Source: Longimicrobiales bacterium (lineage in GTDB: Bacteria > Gemmatimonadota > Gemmatimonadetes > Longimicrobiales > Gaopeijiaceae). Taken from it: a DNA stretch of 64,000 nt. The translations under genes were made by a program, and so were the position numbers. Every line of letters begins with the position of its first letter. Position 1 is the stretch's first letter. Below, piece after piece: positions 1 to 8,905 of this stretch. The stretch spans positions 2,656,001 through 2,720,000 of the forward strand of contig OZ242008.1 in assembly GCA_965204735.1 (NCBI GenBank), read 5' to 3'. The notes under the pieces were generated by a model. It was not told the origin of the DNA and searched no databases. It saw only the letters and a list, made by a program, of their open reading frames with translations.

Positions 1-1860
1 GATGCGCTCGTCCAGCGCGTCCATCTTCGCGACGATGCGCTCCATCGTCCGCGTGAACGAGTGCACCGAGCTCTCCAGCCGCTTGAGCAGGTTGACCCGA
101 ATCATTCCGATCAGCCAACGCTCCCGGTCCCGCTGGTCGAAGTGCAGCCGCTCCTTCTCGGCGTCGAGCGCCGACGTGTCCCGCACGTACTGCGAAGGCA
201 TGTACACCGCCAGCCGAAAGCCGCTGATGCGCGCGTGGAGCGCGTCGTAGGACAGCTCGCCTTCGCTGTCCGTCGGCGGATGCAGGTTCACCGGCCTGGC
301 CCGCTCCGGGAAGCCGCCGATCCGGGCCTCGACCTCCGGGTAGAAGCGCCGCACGTGGTCGCGGGAGCGCGCGATGCTGACGGCGTCCAGCAACGCCAAG
401 AAGTCCGCGCCCAACCGTTCGAGCAGCCGAGCCTTGTCCCTCTTCCCCGTGGCCCTGCAGTCGTTCTCCCACTTCTGGAACGCCTTCTGCGCCACGCCGA
501 ACAAGCTCTGGACGCTGCCGATCCCAAGACTGTCGCGGAACGCGTCCTGCCGCTTCTCCGTCATCAGATAGACCTGGTTGCGAAGGTCGCGAAGGCCCGT
601 GTTGACGGGCGTTGCCGAGAGCATGAGCACCTTGGTGTGGACGCCGTCCTTCAGCACTTCCTCCAGCAGCCGGTTGTAGCGGCTGCGACGCACCACCCGC
701 CCAGCCTCGTCCTTACGGTCGCGACCTTCGTTGCGGAAGTTGTGCGACTCGTCGATCACGATCAGGTCGAACGCGCCCCAGTTGAACTTCGCCAAGTCGA
801 TCGCGTCCGCCCTGCCCTGGTACCGGCTCAAGTCCGTGTGGGCCAGCACGGCGTAGCCGAGCCGGTCCTCGACCAGCGGGTTGTTGTCGTACCCCGCCCA
901 CGACGTGTAGCGGACCCAGTTCTCCTTCAGCTTCTTGGGGCAGAGCACCAGCACGCGCTCGTTGCGCATCTCGAAGAACTTCACGACCGCCAAGGCCGTC
1001 CACGTCTTCCCCAGCCCGACGCTGTCGGCAAGGATGCACCCATTGTGCTCGAGCAACCGGTTGATCGCGCTCACCGCACCGTCCTTCTGAAAACGGTAGA
1101 GCGCCTGCCAAACGGCCGTGTCGTGCAGGTGCACGTCCTGCACAAGTCCGTCTCGATGCCCCCGCTCGTCGATCCTGTCCTTCAAGACGTGAAAGAGCGT
1201 CTTGTAGTAGACGAACTCGGGCGAGTAGTCCTTGCCCAGGCGCTCCAGCGCAGCCAGCACCTCCTCTTTCGCATCTCGAGTGAGCCGCTCGTCGTGCCAG
1301 AGAGCGTCGAACCATTGAATCAACCGGGTCCGGTCGGCGCCGTCGCGAACCTCCAGGTTGAGCTCGATGTTGGGGTTGGCGCCGAAGCCCAGGCCGCCCC
1401 GCGTGAAGTTGGAGCTGCCCACAAGTGCACCGGTGCCGCCGTCGGCGTGCTCGACATGATACATCTTGCCGTGCAGAAAGTTGGCCTTGCGCACGGTGCG
1501 CACCTCCACCTTCTCCTTGATCCATTCAGCGCACGCGCGGGCAAGCGGCTTCTGCGTCAGTGCGCCGCGCAGCTCCAAGGCGCCGTCGCGAGTCAGGCGG
1601 TAGGCCTTGTCCTCTCCCTCCGCCGGGTCCACCGACGCCGCGCCCGCTGGCTGGCCGTAGAGGAAGCGAAGGCGCCGGAGTCCCTCCAGCTCGGCCTGCA
1701 GGTCTCCATAGGCGTAGATCGTGAAGTAGGCCGACACGGCGGAGAGCGCGGCGTCGGCCTGGAGGCGGCCCCGCAGGAACTCGCCCACGGTGCGCACGCG
1801 GTTGTCCACGATAGCGTGCCCGTCGCGAACCGACCCGGTCGACCCCGGTTCCGTGCTCAT
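1..1860 (-). CDS. PLD(HKD-like) nuclease domain + SNF2-family helicase, 3' end outside the window
   Basis: Absent from the ORF track (no stop in window). Manual minus-strand translation from the ATG at 1860 gives MSTEPGSTG..., PLD-like FLHGKMYHV...LVGSSNFT, Walker A ILADSVGLGKT, motif II IVIDESHNFRN, motif III LMLSATP. Confidence 0.88.
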   Translation of the reverse strand, partial: MSTEPGSTGSVRDGHAIVDNRVRTVGEFLRGRLQADAALSAVSAYFTIYAYGDLQAELEGLRRLRFLYGQPAGAASVDPAEGEDKAYRLTRDGALELRGALTQKPLARACAEWIKEKVEVRTVRKANFLHGKMYHVEHADGGTGALVGSSNFTRGGLGFGANPNIELNLEVRDGADRTRLIQWFDALWHDERLTRDAKEEVLAALERLGKDYSPEFVYYKTLFHVLKDRIDERGHRDGLVQDVHLHDTAVWQALYRFQKDGAVSAINRLLEHNGCILADSVGLGKTWTALAVVKFFEMRNERVLVLCPKKLKENWVRYTSWAGYDNNPLVEDRLGYAVLAHTDLSRYQGRADAIDLAKFNWGAFDLIVIDESHNFRNEGRDRKDEAGRVVRRSRYNRLLEEVLKDGVHTKVLMLSATPVNTGLRDLRNQVYLMTEKRQDAFRDSLGIGSVQSLFGVAQKAFQKWENDCRATGKRDKARLLERLGADFLALLDAVSIARSRDHVRRFYPEVEARIGGFPERARPVNLHPPTDSEGELSYDALHARISGFRLAVYMPSQYVRDTSALDAEKERLHFDQRDRERWLIGMIRVNLLKRLESSVHSFTRTMERIVAKMDALDERI

Positions 1861-1945
1861 CGGTCCAAGCTACCCGCTTCCCGTCTGCCATGCAACGCAC
1901 GGCGGCCACCAGGGTGCTGGTGTCGGTGAGGGACGAACGTTGGTC

Positions 1946-1974
1946 TTGCGTCCGGTCAGGAGTTCAGCTATCTT
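1946..1974 (+). promoter_or_regulatory. Putative sigma70 promoter for the ATPase/Schlafen genes
   Basis: TTGCGT-N17-TATCTT about 65 nt upstream of the GTG at 2039. Confidence 0.4.
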
Positions 1975-2038
1975 GTCCACTGACTGTCGACTAGTTGCTG
2001 ACAGAGGCGGAATTGGCTGGAGGCGGAGAGGGCTAAAA

Positions 2039-3160
2039 GTGCCGAACGCAATCGAATCCATTCGCGTCAAAGGCTTCCGGTCCCTTGCGGACGTGGAGAT
2101 CAACGACCTGCCCCAGGGGGCGACTGTCCTGATCGGAGCCAACGGGTCGGGCAAGTCCAACCTCATGCGCTTACTCGAGATGATGAGCTGGATGGTCGAT
2201 CTCCGGCGTCTGCGCGAGTACGTCGCCCTTCACGGCGGCGCCGACGACCAGCTGTTCGGAGGCCGCAAGACGACGCCGGGCATCAAGGCCCAGGTCGATG
2301 TCCGCACCGCTCGCGGTCGCGTCGAGTACCGCTTTGCGCTGGAATGCACCACTGGCGACCAGTTCGTCTTCGCGGAGGAAGCATACCGCGTCGCCAAGTC
2401 CGGCAAGTCGGCCGACCTATCGTGGGAACGGATCGACGACAGCGGCTATCGAGAAGCACGAGTCGCGGAGAGAACCAACGGCAGCGGCCCAGGACCCCAA
2501 GCCGCGCGCGCTCTCGTTGGACTGTTTCGGCGTTGCCCCATGTACCACTTCCACGATACATCGTTCGACTCGAGGACGAAGGTCAGCTGGGACGGCGCGG
2601 ATTCCGGTCGTCTGCGTGGCGACGGAGCGAATCTCGCTCCGGTGCTGTCGCTGCTGGAGCGCGAGGACAAGCCGCGATTCAAGTTGATCTGCCGCTACAT
2701 CGGTCTTGCGGTCCCGGTCTTCGACCGCTTCGAGATCGCGGAAGAATACGGCAAGGTACAGCTGCGGTGGAGGCACAAGGACATGGACAAGACGGTGGGA
2801 ACTCATATGACTTCCGACGGCGTGCTGCGCCTCTTCGCGCTCGTGACGTTGCTGAACCTGCCGCCGAAGATGCTGCCCAGCGTGTTGCTCCTGGACAAAC
2901 CGGAACTGGGACTGCATCCAGTGGCCATCACGCTGATCGGCGCCATGATCGACTCCGTCGCCATGGACCGGCAGGTGATCGTAGCCACCCAGTCGCCGCT
3001 GCTGGTGGACAACTTCCGCCTCGACGAGATCGTAGTGCTGGAGCTGGAGAACGGCCGAACGACGGCCCACAGAGTCGACGATGCCGAGTACCGTCAGTGG
3101 CTCGACGAATACTCGACCGGAGAACTCTGGCAGAAGAACGTGCTGGGCGGCCGACCGTGA
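2039..3160 (+). CDS. Predicted ABC/AAA ATPase (AAA_21/COG4637-like)
   Basis: VPNAIESIRVKGFRSL N-terminus, Walker A GANGSGKS, signature TSDGVLR, Walker B region LLLDKPELGLHP, VATQSP, C-terminal GELWQKNVLGGRP. GTG start inferred. Confidence 0.85.
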   Translation: MPNAIESIRVKGFRSLADVEINDLPQGATVLIGANGSGKSNLMRLLEMMSWMVDLRRLREYVALHGGADDQLFGGRKTTPGIKAQVDVRTARGRVEYRFALECTTGDQFVFAEEAYRVAKSGKSADLSWERIDDSGYREARVAERTNGSGPGPQAARALVGLFRRCPMYHFHDTSFDSRTKVSWDGADSGRLRGDGANLAPVLSLLEREDKPRFKLICRYIGLAVPVFDRFEIAEEYGKVQLRWRHKDMDKTVGTHMTSDGVLRLFALVTLLNLPPKMLPSVLLLDKPELGLHPVAITLIGAMIDSVAMDRQVIVATQSPLLVDNFRLDEIVVLELENGRTTAHRVDDAEYRQWLDEYSTGELWQKNVLGGRP

Positions 3161-3198
3161 TCCGTCTCGCAAGGATACGGAATGACCGCACCTTGACG

Positions 3199-4461
3199 AT
3201 GCTTAGCCCGGCGGAACTGGTCCGCAGGATACGCTTCGGAGCGGACTCGACGCTGGAGTTCAAGCGGGTGCTGACGGCGGGCCAGAAGGTAAGGAGCCCT
3301 GCTCGAAATGACGTGGCGGACGAACTCGCCGCCATGGCAAATGCCCGGGGTGGCTTGCTTGTGCTTGGTGTAGACGACAAGACTCGGGATGTCGTTGGTG
3401 TACCTCTTGATCGGCTGGAGGCGGTACAGTCATGGCTGCAGGAAATATGCAATGATGCCATTGAGCCTCCGATCACACCATTGATAACCGCGGTCGAGTT
3501 GCCGGGGGCGGATGGCAGCCTCGTCGCTGCAATCTGCGTGGAACTGGAGCGTGGGCTGTTTGTTCATCGGAGCCCCGGAGGGTTCTACACGCGCATTGGC
3601 AGTTCGAAGCGTCGGATGTCGTCCGAACTTCTTGGCAGGCTGTATCAGGCACGCAGCCAGAGCAGGATGGTCAGGTTCGACGAGTCGCCTGTTCCGGGGA
3701 CCGGGGTCGACGCCTTGGATCCAGAGCTTGCAACGCGGTTCCTGCGGCCGATCGGAGACGAGGAGGACGATCCCGCCGCCATGACGAAGCTTGGCATCGT
3801 GGCCCACGAAACGGAGGCCGGGCAACGGCTGACTCTGGCCGGAGTCCTGTTGTGCACCGCCAAGCCTGTCCGCTGGTTGCGTCACGCCTACATTCAGGCG
3901 GTCAGCTACGTTGGAGAGCGGGAGGACGTCAACTATCAGGCCGACGCCAGGGATTTCGAGGGGCCAATCGACGAGCAAGTGCTTGAAGCGTGGCATTTCG
4001 TGAAGCGCAACATGCGATACTGGGCGACCAAGGGAACGGCACGCGTGGAGGTGCCGCAGTTCAGCGAAAGAGCGGTGTTCGAGGCGCTGGTGAACGCCGT
4101 CGCGCATCGCGACTACTCGATGGGCGGCGCCCGCATTCGGCTTCACATGTTCCGGGACCGGCTGGAGCTGTACGTGCCTGGCGAACTGGCCAACACGCTG
4201 ACGCCCGACACGATGCACCTGCGTCAGTACAACCGCAACGAACTGATCGTGTCGTTGCTGGCGCGTCGTCGCGTCGATCCCGGCCTCGAGCTGGGGCGCC
4301 GATACATGATGGATCGCAGGGGCGACGGGGTGCCCATCATCCGCAGGGAGACCCGCAGGCTTTCGGGCCGCTTGCCCGAGTATGCGCTGATCGACGGCAA
4401 CGAGCTTCGGCTCGTGATGTGGGCGTCGGACGAGGCTCGGGGTCAGCCCGCCCCAGCATAG
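3199..4461 (+). CDS. Schlafen/AlbA_2 domain + HATPase_c_4 (RecG C-terminal-like) protein
   Basis: GADSTLEFKR, AAMANARGGLLVLGVDD, FYTRIGSS, EALVNAVAHRDY, RNELIVSLL, RGDGVPII. Alternative GTG start at 3157 overlaps the ATPase stop. Confidence 0.82.
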   Translation: MLSPAELVRRIRFGADSTLEFKRVLTAGQKVRSPARNDVADELAAMANARGGLLVLGVDDKTRDVVGVPLDRLEAVQSWLQEICNDAIEPPITPLITAVELPGADGSLVAAICVELERGLFVHRSPGGFYTRIGSSKRRMSSELLGRLYQARSQSRMVRFDESPVPGTGVDALDPELATRFLRPIGDEEDDPAAMTKLGIVAHETEAGQRLTLAGVLLCTAKPVRWLRHAYIQAVSYVGEREDVNYQADARDFEGPIDEQVLEAWHFVKRNMRYWATKGTARVEVPQFSERAVFEALVNAVAHRDYSMGGARIRLHMFRDRLELYVPGELANTLTPDTMHLRQYNRNELIVSLLARRRVDPGLELGRRYMMDRRGDGVPIIRRETRRLSGRLPEYALIDGNELRLVMWASDEARGQPAPA

Positions 4462-4520
4462 CTTCCCCAGGGCGCTGCGCAGGACGTCGCTGATCTCTCC
4501 CAGGGCAGCGTCCCGCCCTA

Positions 4521-7500
4521 CTAGCTCACCGCGGTCCGCGTCCGGCTTCGCCACCATTCGCCCGCGTCGTGGTGGATCGTGGCGAGGGCCGGGACGACCA
4601 TCATGAGCACAACGGTGGCGAAGACGATCCCGAACCCCAGCGAGGCCGCCATCGGCACCAGGAACTGGGCCTGCAGGCTGCGCTCGAAGACGAGGGGCGC
4701 CACGCCCAGGAAGGTGGTCAGCGACGTCAGGAAGATGGGCCGGAAGCGGGCCTTCGCTCCCGCAACGATCGCCTCGCGACCCGGCATCCCCTCCTCGATC
4801 CGCTTGCCGATGAAGTCGATCATCACAAGGGCGTCGTTCACCACCACGCCTCCCAGTCCGACGATCCCCAGGAACGACAACATGCTCAGGTCCAGCCCCA
4901 GGAGCAGGTGGCCCAGCACGGCGCCGACGATCCCGAAGGGAATCGCCGACATGACGATCAGCGGCTTGGTGTAGGAGCGGAAGGGGATCGCCAGCAAGGC
5001 GTAGATCGCCAGCATCGCCATGACGAATCCGCGGCCCATGGCGCTGAAGGACTCGGCCTGTTCCTGCTGTTCGCCGCCGAACGCCCACGTCAAGCCCGGC
5101 TCCCGCTCCGCCAGCGCCGGCAGGACCGACTCCTCCAAGTGCGCCACGGCCTGGCCCGCGGTCGTCGTGCCGGGGTCCACCGAGGCCGTGACGGCCACGA
5201 CTTGCCGGCCGTCCTTGCGGCGAATCGTCGCGGGCGAGCTGCCGAAGCGCAGGGCGGCGACGCGCCCCAGGGGCACTTCGGCCCCGGCGGGCGTGCGCAC
5301 CAAGTGCTGCTCGACGGAGGCGACGGCGTCTCGCTCGTCCTCGGGCAGCCGCACGTAGACGCGCACCTCCTCTCGACCGCGCTGCACGCGGAGCGCCTCG
5401 CTCCCGAAGAACGCGGAGCGGACCTGGCGTGCCAACCCCTCCAGCGTGAGCCCCAGCGTCCGGGCCTCGGGCAGCAGCTCGATGCGGATCTCCTTGAAGC
5501 CGCGGTCCTGGTCGGTCCGGACGTCGTAGACGCCTTCCAGCGAGCGCAAGCCCTCCGCGACGGCGGCGCCCGCCCGCTCCAGCACCTGCGCGTCCGAGTG
5601 AGAGAGCTCGGCCTCGACGGCGGGTCCCAGGTTGATCAGCTCGGCGCTGAACGTCAGGCTCGTGGGTCCGGCGGCCCACAACGGCCCGGCCTCTTCGCGC
5701 CAGGCGTCCAGCACGGCGGCCCCGGACACGTCCCGCTCGTCCGCCGGCGGCAGCTTGAACTCCACGGTGGCGATGTTCGCTCGCGGCTCCTCGTCGGCGT
5801 TGCCGCGCAACGGAGTTTGTCGGCGCGCCTCCTGGCCCAAGATGAAGTTCACCCCGGCCACGACGGGCGGCGCGGCGGGCGGTCGGCCCTCCGACAGGCG
5901 CCGGGCGGCGCGGCGACCCGCGTCCTCCAGCGTCTGCGCCACCTCGGCGGTCCGCGCTCCCGTGGTGCCCTCGGGCATCTCCAGCCGGGCCCGCACAACG
6001 TCGGCTTCGCTCGACGGAAAGAACGCCACGCCGATGATCCCGGCGGGCGCGGCGGCCAAGCACAGCAAGACCATTCCCGCGCCCGTCGCGATCACCTGCA
6101 GGGGCCGGCCGGTGGCGATCCGCAACGCTCGGTCCAGCGGGCCCGCCACGAACCGCTTCGTGCCCCGGTCCACACGGGCGCGCGCCGCCGCCAGAAAGCG
6201 GGCTGCGGGGTTGCCGGCGGGCGGCGCGCCGGGGTCGGGCAGGTGCGAAAGGTGGCGGGGCAGCACCAAGAGGGACTCGACCAGCGAAAGCGCCAGCACG
6301 CTGATGACGATCACAGGAATGGCGCCCACCAGCTTGCCGACCGTGCCCGGCAGGAAGAGCAAGGGCGAGAACGCCGCGATCGAGGTCAGCACCGCAAAGA
6401 TCACCGGCCCTTTGATGCGCTGCGTTCCCCGCACGGCGGCCGCCAGCCCGCCGACCCCCCTTTGCCGCTCGGCGTAGATGTTCTCGCCCACCACGATGGC
6501 GTCGTCCACCACGACTCCGACGGCCAAGATGAAGCCGAACATCGACAGCATGTTGATCGAGATGCCAAGGGCCAGCATGAGGGCGAACGTCCCCACGAAG
6601 GAGACGGCGATCCCCGCAGCGACCCAGGCAGCCAGTCGAAGCTCCAGAAACAGAGCGAGGGCGGCCATCACCAGGAGCAGGCCCAGGAAGGCGTTCTTGC
6701 GCAGGACGCCCAAGCGGTCGCGGAAGAGGTCGGCCGAGTTTTCCCACACCTCGATCTCGACGCCCGGCGGAAGGGAGGGCGTCAAGTGGCGCTCCAGGTG
6801 CTCTTCGACGGCCGCCGCCACCTCGAGCACCCGCTCGGAAGAGGTGCGGTACACGTCGACGAACGCCGCGCGCCGTCCCTCGTAGCGGCTCACCAGGTCG
6901 GCGTCCTGGAAGCCGTCCCGGACGACGGCGATCTCGCCCAGGCGAACCACGGTTCCGTCGGTCCGGCTCAAGACCACGATCTCCTCGAAGTCGTGCTGCC
7001 GGTAGTTCTGCCCGGTGGTGCGGATGCGCACCCGCTCCGCCTGCGTCTCGATGGCCCCGGCCGACAGGTCCAGCGATCCAGCCCGCACGGCGGCGGTCAC
7101 GTCTTCCAGCGTCAAGCCCAGCGCCCGCAACCGGCGAAGGGGAACCTCGATCGAGATTTCGTAGGGGCGCACGCCGCGGGTCTCGACGTACGAAACCGCG
7201 GGGAGCGCCGCCAGCTCGTCTTCGGTGCGGTACGCCAGCTCCTTGAGCGCGCGTTCCGAGACGTCTCCGTGAAGGACCAGCTGCATCACGGTCTGGCGGT
7301 TGGTCGTCTCCACGACCTCGGGGCGCTCGGCGCGCGCCGGGAAGCTCTGGATGCGGTCCACCACGGCCTTGACGTCGTCCAGGACGCGACTTGCGTCCGC
7401 TCCGTCCTCCAGATCGGCGACGACGGAGCCCCTGCCCTCCGCCGCCGTGGACGAGAAGCCGTCGATCCCGTCCACGCCGCCGATCTGCTCTTCGATCTTC

Positions 7501-7715
7501 CGGACGATCGACTCCTCGACCTCTTCGGGCGTGGCGCCGGGGTACCGCACGGAAACCCGAATCTGGTCGGTGGAGAACTCGGGAAAGACCTCTTGCACCA
7601 GTCCGGTCATGGAGACCAGCCCGGCCGCCACGATGAAGAGCATGAGCAGGTTGGCGGCGACGCCGTGCCCGGCCATGAAGGCGACCGGACCACGCGCCGG
7701 AGGCGGTTGCGTCAC
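4521..7715 (-). CDS. RND efflux permease (AcrB/AcrD/AcrF family)
   Basis: AANLLM..IVAAG, YPGATPEEVEESI, proton-relay VVVDDAIVVGEN, RFRPIFLTSLTT. GTG start overlaps the stop of the upstream adaptor gene. Confidence 0.93.
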   Translation of the reverse strand: MTQPPPARGPVAFMAGHGVAANLLMLFIVAAGLVSMTGLVQEVFPEFSTDQIRVSVRYPGATPEEVEESIVRKIEEQIGGVDGIDGFSSTAAEGRGSVVADLEDGADASRVLDDVKAVVDRIQSFPARAERPEVVETTNRQTVMQLVLHGDVSERALKELAYRTEDELAALPAVSYVETRGVRPYEISIEVPLRRLRALGLTLEDVTAAVRAGSLDLSAGAIETQAERVRIRTTGQNYRQHDFEEIVVLSRTDGTVVRLGEIAVVRDGFQDADLVSRYEGRRAAFVDVYRTSSERVLEVAAAVEEHLERHLTPSLPPGVEIEVWENSADLFRDRLGVLRKNAFLGLLLVMAALALFLELRLAAWVAAGIAVSFVGTFALMLALGISINMLSMFGFILAVGVVVDDAIVVGENIYAERQRGVGGLAAAVRGTQRIKGPVIFAVLTSIAAFSPLLFLPGTVGKLVGAIPVIVISVLALSLVESLLVLPRHLSHLPDPGAPPAGNPAARFLAAARARVDRGTKRFVAGPLDRALRIATGRPLQVIATGAGMVLLCLAAAPAGIIGVAFFPSSEADVVRARLEMPEGTTGARTAEVAQTLEDAGRRAARRLSEGRPPAAPPVVAGVNFILGQEARRQTPLRGNADEEPRANIATVEFKLPPADERDVSGAAVLDAWREEAGPLWAAGPTSLTFSAELINLGPAVEAELSHSDAQVLERAGAAVAEGLRSLEGVYDVRTDQDRGFKEIRIELLPEARTLGLTLEGLARQVRSAFFGSEALRVQRGREEVRVYVRLPEDERDAVASVEQHLVRTPAGAEVPLGRVAALRFGSSPATIRRKDGRQVVAVTASVDPGTTTAGQAVAHLEESVLPALAEREPGLTWAFGGEQQEQAESFSAMGRGFVMAMLAIYALLAIPFRSYTKPLIVMSAIPFGIVGAVLGHLLLGLDLSMLSFLGIVGLGGVVVNDALVMIDFIGKRIEEGMPGREAIVAGAKARFRPIFLTSLTTFLGVAPLVFERSLQAQFLVPMAASLGFGIVFATVVLMMVVPALATIHHDAGEWWRSRTRTAVS

Positions 7716-8905
7716 GGCCTGCCGTCGGGAGGCGCCGCCCCGCGGGTTCGCACGATCATCCCTTCGGTGGCGAAGGAGATGCCGCCCACCACGACGGACT
7801 CGCCGGGGCGCAGGTCGCCGGCCACCAGCACCGAGTCCTCGGGACGTTGGAGCACGCGCACCGGCACGACCGCGACCGCGCTGTCGTCGCGGACCGCCCA
7901 GACTTCGTCGCCGGCGCGGAGGGCCGGACGGGGCAAGGCGAACCACGGCTCGGCCGCGCCGCCGTCAATGCGCGCGTCCACGAACTGGCCCACCAGGAGG
8001 GGCGGGCCGCCGCCGCGGAACGGACCAGGGACCCGGACGATCACGTGCACCGTCCGCGTGCGCTCGTCCAGGGCGGTCTCGGCCCTGTCCACGTAGCCGG
8101 CCCAGCTTCGACTGCCGTCGCCGAAGCGAGCGAAGACTCGGGCCGCCATGCGTCGGTCCCCGTCGCCGGCCCGCAGCTCCCAGAGTCCGGGCAGGAGCGA
8201 GGCGTCGGCGTCGGCCAGCGGCACCACCACCTCCACGGCGTCGGCGGCGTAGAGGCGCCCGACGGCTTGGCCGGGGGCCACGAACCGGCCCAGCGCGACC
8301 GACTCGCTTCTGACGATGCCCCCGAACGGCGCTCGGACCTCGGTGCGGGAGAGGGCCAGCTCCGCGTCGGCCAGGGCGGCGCTGTCCCGAGCGAGCGCGG
8401 CGCGGGCGGCCGCCAGCTGGGGCTCGCGCAGGGTCAGCGGGCTGGCCTCCTCGACCTCGGCCTCGTCCGCGCGGCGCCTGCGGAACCGCTCGTACTCGGA
8501 GCGCGCGATGCGGACTTCTTCCTGCGCCTGCAGAAGGGCCACCTGCTGGGCCGCCACGTTGGCGCGGGCCTGGCGGACCCGGTTTTGGTAGTCGGCGTCC
8601 TCGACGCGGAAGAGAACCTGTCCCCGGCGGACCCTGCCGCCGCTCTGGAACGCCGGGTCCACCCACACCACCTTGCCGGCCACTTGGGCGGCCACCTCGA
8701 CCTCGGCCCGGGGGCGCACGGTGCCGGCGCCGTGGACCGGGATCGGCCCCGCCCCCGCCCGAGCCGGCGCGACGGAGACGTAGGGAACCCGGGACGGCGA
8801 GGGTGCGGCAGGAGGGTCGGGACGGAACAGCACCATCAAGACCGCGACCACCGCGAAGCCCAGGAAGACGGCGGCCGCCAGCAAGAGGTTGCGACCCCGG
8901 CTCAC
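7712..8905 (-). CDS. RND efflux periplasmic adaptor (MFP)
   Basis: N-terminal TM helix, VAAQVAGKVV...GGRVRRGQVLFRVE lipoyl half, LSRTEVRAPFGG, RTRTVHV. Lies between the OMF and the permease. Start may be 8908. Confidence 0.88.
   Translation of the reverse strand: MSRGRNLLLAAAVFLGFAVVAVLMVLFRPDPPAAPSPSRVPYVSVAPARAGAGPIPVHGAGTVRPRAEVEVAAQVAGKVVWVDPAFQSGGRVRRGQVLFRVEDADYQNRVRQARANVAAQQVALLQAQEEVRIARSEYERFRRRRADEAEVEEASPLTLREPQLAAARAALARDSAALADAELALSRTEVRAPFGGIVRSESVALGRFVAPGQAVGRLYAADAVEVVVPLADADASLLPGLWELRAGDGDRRMAARVFARFGDGSRSWAGYVDRAETALDERTRTVHVIVRVPGPFRGGGPPLLVGQFVDARIDGGAAEPWFALPRPALRAGDEVWAVRDDSAVAVVPVRVLQRPEDSVLVAGDLRPGESVVVGGISFATEGMIVRTRGAAPPDGRP

Noticed and set aside
61..1929. 622-aa plus-strand ORF
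   Set aside because: Antisense shadow of the minus-strand PLD-SNF2 helicase, which carries the real motifs.
2344..3198. N-terminal extension of the 705-aa ORF
   Set aside because: Off-frame overlap with the ATPase; recognisable sequence begins near 3199.
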